Of a DNA stretch of 64,000 nt, positions 55,628-62,554 are shown piece after piece. The notes under the pieces are model-generated. The model made no database searches, was not told the DNA's origin, and saw only the letters and a program-made list of their open reading frames with translations. The DNA comes from a virus: positions 32,001 through 96,000 of the IMG/VR virus record IMGVR_UViG_3300045391_004889. One strand, written 5' to 3'. Within the stretch, counting starts at the first letter, position 1; each line of letters opens with the position of its first letter. Made by a program: the position numbers and the translations under genes.

Positions 55628-55891
55628 TCAGTTGAGCTTCTGCAGTCGGCCGTCTCGCGTGGCGGCGTCGATCTCGATCGCCACCTCGTTCATGTTGCCG
55701 AAGCCGAGGAACAACCAGTGCGTGATGGCCTGAAGAGAGCCGGAGACGAGCACCTCGGCGGTGTCACCCTGGTCCTTCGTGAGCGTGACGTTGACGATGC
55801 CACCGTGGTGTCCGAGCCTGCCGTGGATCCCGATCGTCTTGCTGAGCGGCTGCTCGTCGGTGACGTCCACGCCGGTGAGGAGCTGGTACAT
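55628..55891 (-). CDS. hypothetical protein
   Basis: own promoter and RBS; V.V.G.L.....W motif resembles 60222..60632. Confidence 0.65.
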   Translation of the reverse strand: MYQLLTGVDVTDEQPLSKTIGIHGRLGHHGGIVNVTLTKDQGDTAEVLVSGSLQAITHWLFLGFGNMNEVAIEIDAATRDGRLQKLN

Positions 55892-55936
55892 GGCGATCTC
55901 TCTTCCTGCTTCGCTTCCTGCTTGCCTGCTGAGATC

Positions 55937-55979
55937 AGGTTACCAGCCTGAGGGTGCTTTGTAAACACCCTCAGGCTGG
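55937..55979 (-). promoter_or_regulatory. promoter TTTACA-N17-TAACCT with the -35 in the loop of a 14-bp hairpin
   Basis: CCAGCCTGAGGGTG-ctttgtaaa-CACCCTCAGGCTGG. Confidence 0.75.
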
Positions 55980-55983
55980 AACC

Positions 55984-56412
55984 TCAGTGAACTCCCATGC
56001 GACGGCGAAGCACGACCATCGACGCCTTGACCGCGTCCACGTCCTGGGTGAGCCACCGCACCTTGTCCCACTCGGTGTGGTGTACCCACTCGAAGCCACC
56101 GTGCTCCCGAGGGTTCGGAGCGCCACGGGTGATGGTGCAGGCGAACACCCGCATTCGCATGCGGTCGTTGAGACGCCACTCACCGGGCACCCGCTCCAGG
56201 ATGCGCACGCTGATGCCGAGCTCCTCCTTGAGCTCACGCTCCAGCGCCTGCTCGTGCCGCTCACCCGGCTCGAGCTTGCCACCGGGCAGCTCCCAGCCGT
56301 TTCGCAGGGTGATCGGGTAGGTTCGCTTGGCGGCGAGCAGCTTGCCCGCTCGCAGATCGAGGATGGCCCCGCCGGCCACCTGCTTCTGGTTGGGGGAACT
56401 CCACAAGCCCAC
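55984..56412 (-). CDS. NUDIX hydrolase (MutT-like)
   Basis: WELPGGKLEPGERHEQALERELKEELG NUDIX box. Confidence 0.9.
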   Translation of the reverse strand: MGLWSSPNQKQVAGGAILDLRAGKLLAAKRTYPITLRNGWELPGGKLEPGERHEQALERELKEELGISVRILERVPGEWRLNDRMRMRVFACTITRGAPNPREHGGFEWVHHTEWDKVRWLTQDVDAVKASMVVLRRRMGVH

Positions 56413-56448
56413 AGGCTTCTCCTTGTTCGGTTCGGACAGGGTGACAAC

Positions 56449-56655
56449 TCAGAACTCGTAGTCGTCCATCGTATCCTGAGCCAGCTTCACCCCCTTGGCC
56501 CAGGTGGCAGCGGTGGTGCTCAGCACCGACTTGTTGCTGCGCATGTTCACCACGTTGAGCTGCACGAGGCCGTCACGGTTGTTGATCGTGGCGCGCAGGT
56601 GTCCCTTGGTCCAAGACAGGGACTTGTGCTCCTTGTTCTTGGTCACGACGTTCAC
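56449..56655 (-). CDS. hypothetical protein
   Basis: GAGGAGG RBS. Confidence 0.6.
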   Translation of the reverse strand: MNVVTKNKEHKSLSWTKGHLRATINNRDGLVQLNVVNMRSNKSVLSTTAATWAKGVKLAQDTMDDYEF

Positions 56656-56661
56656 CTCCTC

Positions 56662-56877
56662 TCAGATGAGCCACTTGATAAGGTCGAAGATCAGAACGAA
56701 GACGACGGCGAGGATCGCCATCACGAACGCGAAGAGGAGCAAGCAACACCCCAGTCCCGTCGTCACTGCGATCGTCGTGGCGAGTGGCCCCTCGTTTCCG
56801 GTGCCGTCCTCCATGGCGGAGGTGACTCGGTCACGGAGGGGCTTCTCGTACTTGCTGCTCACGTGTACCTCTCTCAC
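56662..56877 (-). CDS. small membrane protein
   Basis: long hydrophobic C-terminal segment. Confidence 0.55.
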   Translation of the reverse strand: MREVHVSSKYEKPLRDRVTSAMEDGTGNEGPLATTIAVTTGLGCCLLLFAFVMAILAVVFVLIFDLIKWLI

Positions 56878-57368
56878 TGGAGGGCGAGGACGTCTCGCCG
56901 ACGGAGCCGGCGGATGGCGACCCCACCCTCGGCCTTGCAGACGGCGCGCACCTGGCCAGACTCAGCCCGTGCCTTACCGAGCACCTTGCCGAACGGGTGG
57001 TTCAGGCCATCCGTGTTGAGCTCGACCTGGATGATCTCGTGACCGGTCTTGCTCTTGATGGACCACCAGTCGGTGATCTCGTCGGGGTCAGCCGGCGCGG
57101 GCAGCTCCAGCTGGAAGGTGCCGCGGTGCACGGTGTAGTGCGTGACGCGGTCGAGACGCAGGGTGCGGCGGTCGTGACGGAGGCGGCACATGACCACCAG
57201 GGTCAGCTCGCCGGCCTTCGTCTGACGGATGGAGTACGGCTCAACCGTGCGAACGGTCTCGTTCCCGTGCTCGTCGACGTAGGTGACGGTGACCGGCTGC
57301 TTGCGGCTGATCGCCCTGTGGATGTTCAGCACCATCTCGAGCTCGGTCTCGTGCTTGGTCGTCCGCAT
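56874..57368 (-). CDS. stand-alone WYL domain protein
   Basis: AI....V.V.Y....G..T.R.VEPY...L...C.LR...RT.RLDR. Confidence 0.85.
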   Translation of the reverse strand: MRTTKHETELEMVLNIHRAISRKQPVTVTYVDEHGNETVRTVEPYSIRQTKAGELTLVVMCRLRHDRRTLRLDRVTHYTVHRGTFQLELPAPADPDEITDWWSIKSKTGHEIIQVELNTDGLNHPFGKVLGKARAESGQVRAVCKAEGGVAIRRLRRRDVLALQ

Positions 57369-57406
57369 CTTCCTCGCCTCTTCCTCTTCCTGTTCCTTCC
57401 TGCTGG

Positions 57407-57697
57407 TTACAGCATACCAGTACACGAGCCGAATGTAAACAGCAAGCGTGCCCGTGCCTCACGTTCACGTTCCCGCTCACGGCGGTGGAGGATGACAGCA
57501 TGCCGCACGCACGCGATGAGCGACCGGTCCAACCTGATGGCCAGGTCAGTGCGCTGGGTCCAGGTGTACCGGTCCCAGCGCTTGAGCAGCAGCTCGTCCT
57601 CCGCCTTGGTCCACTTGACCTGACGGTCCTTACCGGCGGGCAAGGTGCGACGGTTGTAGTGCCGCACCTTGCGCCAGTAGCGCTCTGATCCGGTCAC
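57407..57697 (-). CDS. SANT/Myb-like HTH protein
   Basis: WTKAEDELL......LAIRLDRS..AC..H pattern. Confidence 0.6.
   Translation of the reverse strand: MTGSERYWRKVRHYNRRTLPAGKDRQVKWTKAEDELLLKRWDRYTWTQRTDLAIRLDRSLIACVRHAVILHRREREREREARARLLFTFGSCTGML
57411..57439 (-). promoter_or_regulatory. promoter TTTACA-N17-TATGCT
   Basis: consensus; leader CAGCAGGAAGGAACAGGAA. Confidence 0.7.
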
Positions 57698-57700
57698 GTG

Positions 57701-58090
57701 CTACTTGTTCAGACGGAAGAACAGGAAGCGCGTGTTGCGACGGCCGAAGAGCACGGCGCCGAGACCTCGGTTCTCCACCAGCCCGAAGCCGTCGCCCTTC
57801 CACTTCTTGTTGTAGGCGTCCACCGCCGCGTCGGTCATGCCGCGGTTGCAGAGCTCCTCCCACTCCCGGTACGCCTGGGAGCGCTGACGGATCGGGACCT
57901 CCCGCCCGTTCTCCACGTTGCGGTCCGGGGTGCTGGACGACACCGGCTCGATGTTCCGGCCGGGGTGGACGTTGCCGGTGTAGCCGACGCCCTCGATGTG
58001 GACGCCCTTGTGGCTGTCGTACGTGCCGACGGTGCCCTTGTACTTGCCGCTGGTGATGCGGACCTTGTCACCGTGTCGGGCTCGTTCCAC
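57701..58090 (-). CDS. KOW-motif protein
   Basis: GDKVRITSGKYKGTVGT KOW signature. Confidence 0.7.
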   Translation of the reverse strand: MERARHGDKVRITSGKYKGTVGTYDSHKGVHIEGVGYTGNVHPGRNIEPVSSSTPDRNVENGREVPIRQRSQAYREWEELCNRGMTDAAVDAYNKKWKGDGFGLVENRGLGAVLFGRRNTRFLFFRLNK

Positions 58091-58194
58091 GACGTTCTCC
58101 GTTCTCTTCGTTCATTCCTAAGCGGTGAGCCTGGTCGGCTCCCCGCGCCGCGCCACGGGTGATGAGCACCTGCGACGCAGCGCGGCGAGCCGCG

Positions 58195-58710
58195 TCAGAT
58201 CCGGTCGACGACCGTCACCGCGTTCTTGATGCCGTCGTCCACGCTCGCCGCGATGGCGAGAAGACGCTGACCGGGACCGCTGATGAGCCCGGTGCCGTTG
58301 GGGGACGTGGTCTTCGGGTTGCGGAGCTTGTCCACAACCGCGTTGGCGTCGGCGCACACGTGAACCGTGTGCCGGTCCGCCTCCAGGTCGATCGTAGGCG
58401 TACCCGCGAGGTCCTCAGGCTCCGGCGGGGAGCACCGCTGGCACGGCTCCAGCTCCTCCAGGAACTCCGACGTCAGGCTGGACACCTGGGTCGGGACACC
58501 CGAGTTGCACTGGCTGTCGTGCTCGTGAAACACCACGCTTCGGCCGACGATGCTGAGCACGTACCGGCCGTCATCGACCTTGTACAGCTCCATCTCCGTC
58601 CAGCGCGGGTTCCGGTCGGTCTCGGTGCTCACGTCACTGAGCATCGTGCCCTCAAACTCGAGGGTGCGGCTCGCGTCTCGGACGCGAATGGTCTGGGGTT
58701 GGTTTGTCAC
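58195..58710 (-). CDS. hypothetical protein
   Basis: own promoter (58746-58774) and RBS; RWTE..LY motif; H...C...CxxC. Confidence 0.7.
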   Translation of the reverse strand: MTNQPQTIRVRDASRTLEFEGTMLSDVSTETDRNPRWTEMELYKVDDGRYVLSIVGRSVVFHEHDSQCNSGVPTQVSSLTSEFLEELEPCQRCSPPEPEDLAGTPTIDLEADRHTVHVCADANAVVDKLRNPKTTSPNGTGLISGPGQRLLAIAASVDDGIKNAVTVVDRI

Positions 58711-58745
58711 GGTTGTGCCTCTCTTCTCGTCAATTCCTGGCTCTC

Positions 58746-58774
58746 ACGTTACCAGATGAAGATCTCCCTGTGAA
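58746..58774 (-). promoter_or_regulatory. promoter TTCACA-N17-TAACGT
   Basis: consensus with extended TGG; CCAGGAA in the leader. Confidence 0.65.
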
Positions 58775-59194
58775 CTAGCGCTCTTCCGCGAAGCGGCGCA
58801 GCTGCTGCAGGCTACGGTTCATGAGCTCGAGACGGCTGTAGCACCGCTTGAGCATGTGCATGTCCTCGGTGTACCCGAGGGTGCGGTAGTTGCCGAGAAT
58901 CCACCGGCCACGGGCACGCCCGTTGAGGTCCAGCTTCCAGCAGACGCTGAGCAGGACGCTGCGCTCCTCGAGCGTCAGCGCGTTGTTGCCCAGCTCCTGG
59001 GGCACCGGGATGGTGACCGTCAGCATCACGTTCTTCGACGCCGGGATCATCACCTCGCCGTTGTGCTCGAAGTACACGGCCTCCGAGTTGACGACGCGCG
59101 TCTCCACGGTCAGGTCCAGTGCCTGGGCGGCGGCGCGGAAGTCGTCCGCACCCTTGATGCCGGTGCTCTCCTGCTTGTCACTCACGGTGATCAT
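58775..59194 (-). CDS. hypothetical protein
   Basis: own promoter and RBS. Confidence 0.65.
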   Translation of the reverse strand: MITVSDKQESTGIKGADDFRAAAQALDLTVETRVVNSEAVYFEHNGEVMIPASKNVMLTVTIPVPQELGNNALTLEERSVLLSVCWKLDLNGRARGRWILGNYRTLGYTEDMHMLKRCYSRLELMNRSLQQLRRFAEER

Positions 59195-59229
59195 CTCTCT
59201 TCCTCTTCCTGTTCCTGCCTGCTGAGTAC

Positions 59230-59258
59230 ATAGTACCAGACCAAGGCCTGGGGGTACA
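59230..59258 (-). promoter_or_regulatory. promoter TGTACC-N17-TACTAT
   Basis: near-consensus; leader CAGCAGGCAGGAACAGGAA; hairpin at 59264-59302 just upstream. Confidence 0.65.
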
Positions 59259-59324
59259 CAGCTGGGTCCCGTTCGTCTTCAACGAACGACGAACGGGACC
59301 CACGTGCCGTGCTCTCCGCCACGA

Positions 59325-59549
59325 TCAGCTGGCGCGCAGCAGGTCCTTCTCGTAGAGGTAGCGGTCGGCGACCTCGACGTGGTCCGGGGTGACGGTCTCC
59401 CAACCACCGGTCATCGCGGCGTCGGCGCCCTTCGTGCCGGTGTAGCCGACGCGGGTGTGGTCGTTGAAGTACACGAAGCCGAACGGCACCTCGGTGGTCC
59501 CACGGTTGTCGTGGTTGATGACGCGAAGGTTGTTGATCTCGGTGTCCAC
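59325..59549 (-). CDS. hypothetical protein
   Basis: GGAAGGA RBS before GTG. Confidence 0.6.
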   Translation of the reverse strand: MDTEINNLRVINHDNRGTTEVPFGFVYFNDHTRVGYTGTKGADAAMTGGWETVTPDHVEVADRYLYEKDLLRAS

Positions 59550-59587
59550 GTGCTGTCCTTCCCTGGGTGTGGTCGGTTGACGGTGAC

Positions 59588-59803
59588 TCAGAAGATCACG
59601 GTGATGGCGAGCACCATCCCCGCGACCCCGATGATCCAGCCGGCGATCGTGAGGAACCCGCTGTCGACGTGGGAATCCAGATGAGCGAGCGCCGCGCCGA
59701 GCAGCATCGCGCCGAGAGCGACCGCGAGCTGCCCCCACCACGGAAGGTTGCTCACGTCGGTCTGCAGGTTCCCGTCAGCGAGGGTCACGAGCTGTGGGTT
59801 CAA
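59588..59803 (-). CDS. small two-TM membrane protein
   Basis: AGGAGG RBS before TTG; two hydrophobic segments. Confidence 0.6.
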   Translation of the reverse strand: MNPQLVTLADGNLQTDVSNLPWWGQLAVALGAMLLGAALAHLDSHVDSGFLTIAGWIIGVAGMVLAITVIF

Positions 59804-59813
59804 GGTGTTCCTC

Positions 59814-60149
59814 CTACTTGACTGTCCAGAAGGGGATGGACACGTTCGGGACGGCGCCGAAGACCTGGTTGTTCTCAACCTTGACGATGCCGCGGATCTG
59901 ACCCTCCACCTGGATGTCGTTGACACCCGCGTAGATGCCGACCCGGCGACCCACCTGCCAGTCTCGCAGCCACCTGGTGGCAGCCACGATGACGAAGCCG
60001 GCGAGGTTCTGGCTCTGCGGCAAGTTGGTGCGCGTCACGCTGACCACATACATGATGTGCTTCGGGTCGTAGTGCTTGCCGCCCCTGGCGAACATCGGGT
60101 GCACTCGGACGTTGTGCCGAGTCACGTGAGGAATCTCCGGCCTGGCCAT
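59814..60149 (-). CDS. hypothetical protein
   Basis: own promoter and RBS. Confidence 0.6.
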   Translation of the reverse strand: MARPEIPHVTRHNVRVHPMFARGGKHYDPKHIMYVVSVTRTNLPQSQNLAGFVIVAATRWLRDWQVGRRVGIYAGVNDIQVEGQIRGIVKVENNQVFGAVPNVSIPFWTVK

Positions 60150-60178
60150 GTCACCCTTCTTTCCTGTTCCTGTTCCTG

Positions 60179-60216
60179 ACGAGACCCAGGTTACCAGACC
60201 CTGGGTCTCGTGTAAA
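60179..60216 (-). promoter_or_regulatory. promoter TTTACA-N17-TAACCT with the -10 in the loop of a 12-bp hairpin
   Basis: ACGAGACCCAGG...CCTGGGTCTCGT; leader CAGGAACAGGAACAGGAA. Confidence 0.75.
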
Positions 60217-60221
60217 CACCC

Positions 60222-60632
60222 TCAGAGTTGCGTGCGCTTCGGGTTGGCGGTGAACGTCACCGGTGCGAGCTTCTCCTGGATCTCCAGGAGCGCGGTGGCC
60301 TGGACCGACGTGACCTCGAAGTCGCAGTCCTCACACAGCGTGACCGGCGTCTTGGCCATCCCGGTGCGACCGCAACGGTTGCACCGCTCGTCGTGGCAGG
60401 CGTCCGGGTTGGCCATCTTGAGCACCTCGAGAGCGGTCTCGAGATCGTTGTCACAGTGCTCGCGGAGCACCCAGAGAGCCAGCGTCGCGAGTGGCCCGGT
60501 GACGGTGAAGTCCACGTGGGTGTCGTCGTTCTCCCGCGTCTTCACGTCGCCGGTCAGACCGGGGTAGCGGTCCAGGTAGGCACGCCGCTTCACGGAGTCG
60601 GTGCGCCAGATGACTTGAAGGCTGTGGTTCAC
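60222..60632 (-). CDS. hypothetical protein with C-terminal Zn finger
   Basis: CNRCG...LCEDC; first gene of the leftward arm. Confidence 0.65.
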   Translation of the reverse strand: MNHSLQVIWRTDSVKRRAYLDRYPGLTGDVKTRENDDTHVDFTVTGPLATLALWVLREHCDNDLETALEVLKMANPDACHDERCNRCGRTGMAKTPVTLCEDCDFEVTSVQATALLEIQEKLAPVTFTANPKRTQL

Positions 60633-60668
60633 GTCTCTTCCTTCCCTTCCTGTTCGGTTGCTGGGCCG

Positions 60669-60741
60669 ACCTTATACCTACGTAGGCGAGAATGTACACA
60701 CCCAAGCGATTGTGGACATTTGTGATCAGGTCTGGTAAGGT
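60669..60741. promoter_or_regulatory. back-to-back divergent promoters (- TGTACA-N18-TAAGGT; + TGGACA-N17-TAAGGT)
   Basis: two consensus promoters at the strand switch, both with CAGGAA leaders. Confidence 0.75.
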
Positions 60742-60782
60742 AGGCTTCAGCAGGAACAGGAAGCGACTTCCCTGGAGGGAAC

Positions 60783-60992
60783 ATGACACCGCGTCGTCCC
60801 AGGCACAACGAGGACCAGGTAGAGCGTGTACTCAACGAGGCCGAGGGCCACGGGTGGGACATCACCTACAAGAACGCCAAGTTCACGTGCCGCTGCGCCT
60901 GTGGGGGACACGCGCACACGGTACGGCAGGGCAGCCACTCCTTCCGCACCGCGAAGAACCTGCGGTCGCAGCTCATGAAGTGCTGGCACTAA
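60783..60992 (+). CDS. HicA-like (dsRBD-fold) small protein
   Basis: RPRH....E..L..AE..GW......F.C.C......TV.......AKNL...L..C pattern; GGAGG RBS. Confidence 0.55.
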   Translation: MTPRRPRHNEDQVERVLNEAEGHGWDITYKNAKFTCRCACGGHAHTVRQGSHSFRTAKNLRSQLMKCWH

Positions 60993-60996
60993 CTTG

Positions 60997-61036
60997 TGGA
61001 CATCCTGGGGCAGACCTGGTAGGGTCTGCCCCAGGA
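60997..61036 (+). promoter_or_regulatory. promoter TGGACA-N17-TAGGGT inside a 14-bp hairpin
   Basis: TCCTGGGGCAGACC-tggtag-GGTCTGCCCCAGGA. Confidence 0.75.
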
Positions 61037-61057
61037 AGCGTTCAGGAAGGAACGAGG

Positions 61058-61252
61058 ATGGCGAAGCACAAGCGTCGTCGCAACGACAAGGAAGTGAAGT
61101 CGGTGGTGGCAGCCAAGGGGTGGCTCGTGCACTGGTTCGACACGGAGAAGAACGAACCCGTGATCGAGCAGTACCGCAGCGCACTGGACGCGCAGCTGCG
61201 CGTTCAGGAACTGGGTGTCATCGGCATCAGCGCACGAGTGGCGCAGAAGTGA
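61058..61252 (+). CDS. hypothetical protein
   Basis: promoter and GAGG RBS. Confidence 0.6.
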   Translation: MAKHKRRRNDKEVKSVVAAKGWLVHWFDTEKNEPVIEQYRSALDAQLRVQELGVIGISARVAQK

Positions 61253-61437
61253 CCACCCGGGTGTACGCGACCCTCGAGATCGAGGGTGGGCGGGTGGTGC
61301 TCCGCGACGAGACCGGCGCGGAGCTGGCGGTGGTCCACGAGCGCGGTCGCACGCCGGCTGAGGCCTTCGCCTCAGACCTCGTGACCGACCTCGTGCACAA
61401 TATGCGAAGCATGGAGACGGATCCGAATGACGAGTAG
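61249..61437 (+). CDS. hypothetical protein
   Basis: GTGA coupling. Confidence 0.55.
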   Translation: MTTRVYATLEIEGGRVVLRDETGAELAVVHERGRTPAEAFASDLVTDLVHNMRSMETDPNDE

Positions 61438-61663
61438 GGACGCGGAGTTCATCAACCTGACGGACACGCCGGCCCACCCCTCCCAGGAGGAGATGGACGC
61501 GGCGATGGAGAAGGTGTCCGTGATGCTGGAGACGGAGTGGTCCGTCCGGCGTCTCGGCGCGCAGTACACCTTCCGCTCCGAGGCCGGCGGCTACCACAAG
61601 TCCCGTCGCCGGGACTTCCGAGTGGCGGTGGCTGACGCGACCGGGCTCACGGTGGTGAAGTGA
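61427..61663 (+). CDS. hypothetical protein
   Basis: GGAG RBS; codon bias. Confidence 0.6.
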   Translation: MTSRDAEFINLTDTPAHPSQEEMDAAMEKVSVMLETEWSVRRLGAQYTFRSEAGGYHKSRRRDFRVAVADATGLTVVK

Positions 61664-61869
61664 TGGCCAACGAGGGACAGCGCGCGTGGAACGAACGCGG
61701 GCCGGGGTGGCGGGTCCACAACCACGTCAAGGGAAAGCTGACCCCCAAGCAGCGTGACGAAATCGTCGCACGCTACAGGGAGGGTGGCGAGGGCAACACC
61801 GCGGAGGAGCTCGCGGTGGAGTTCGGCGTCAGCGCAGCCACGGTTCGCGGGATGGGGACCAGGCGATGA
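61660..61869 (+). CDS. HTH DNA-binding protein
   Basis: KLT..Q..EI...Y.......ELA.EFGVS..TV. Confidence 0.75.
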   Translation: MMANEGQRAWNERGPGWRVHNHVKGKLTPKQRDEIVARYREGGEGNTAEELAVEFGVSAATVRGMGTRR

Positions 61870-62072
61870 GGTGTCCCTACTTCCTGTGCAACCGTCCGGC
61901 GAGGGAGACCACCGACGGGAGGCAGGACTTCGTGGCCACGCACCTCTACGAGGGCTACACCACGTGTCCCGGCAGCCTGTACGTCACCAAGCCGGCCAAC
62001 CGAGACCGCGAGGAGCGGCTGATGGCTGAACGTGCGGTGGCCAGCAAGTTGCCGCGTGGCCTGAACGGCTGA
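61866..62072 (+). CDS. hypothetical Zn-binding protein
   Basis: ATGA coupling; CP..C...H...CPGS. Confidence 0.6.
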   Translation: MRCPYFLCNRPARETTDGRQDFVATHLYEGYTTCPGSLYVTKPANRDREERLMAERAVASKLPRGLNG

Positions 62073-62074
62073 GA

Positions 62075-62121
62075 CAAACGGGACGTCGGGTGTGTACACC
62101 TGGCGTCCCGTTTGGTATGCT
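62075..62121 (+). promoter_or_regulatory. promoter TGTACA-N17-TATGCT with the -35 in a hairpin loop
   Basis: CAAACGGGACG...CGTCCCGTTTG; leader CCAGGAAGCGAGCAGGAA. Confidence 0.72.
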
Positions 62122-62153
62122 GTACCCAGGAAGCGAGCAGGAAGGAGCGAGAG

Positions 62154-62300
62154 ATGCAGCGGTTCAAGAAGCGGATGCTGCGGAACGAGTACCGCAAGGA
62201 CCACCGCCGCGGCAGCGACCGCCGGGAGGTCGGCCGCACCCCGAACTGGGTCATCCAGGAGCTGCGGGAGCGCCGTCGCCGGAACGAGGAGAACGAGTGA
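62154..62300 (+). CDS. small Arg-rich protein
   Basis: AAGGAG RBS after the promoter. Confidence 0.5.
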   Translation: MQRFKKRMLRNEYRKDHRRGSDRREVGRTPNWVIQELRERRRRNEENE

Positions 62301-62554
62301 GCAAGCACGACGCGTTCTACAAGGCGCGAAGGCTGAAGCGACGGCACCACAAGCGCGGTCACACGCCGTGGTGCAGCTGCCCGGAGATGATCACCACCCT
62401 GCTTCTGCTGCTCCGTCGGCGGTTCAGCGAGCCGCAGGAGACGTGGGCGCGTAAGGTGGTCAAGCAGCTCCCGACGTCGCGTGGTCCCCAGCCTGACCTG
62501 GAGGTCCGTGACGAGCTTCAAGCGTACGTTCCTCGGCAGCGACAGGGGGACTGA
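62297..62554 (+). CDS. hypothetical protein
   Basis: GTGA coupling; H..WC.C motif. Confidence 0.5.
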   Translation: MSKHDAFYKARRLKRRHHKRGHTPWCSCPEMITTLLLLLRRRFSEPQETWARKVVKQLPTSRGPQPDLEVRDELQAYVPRQRQGD

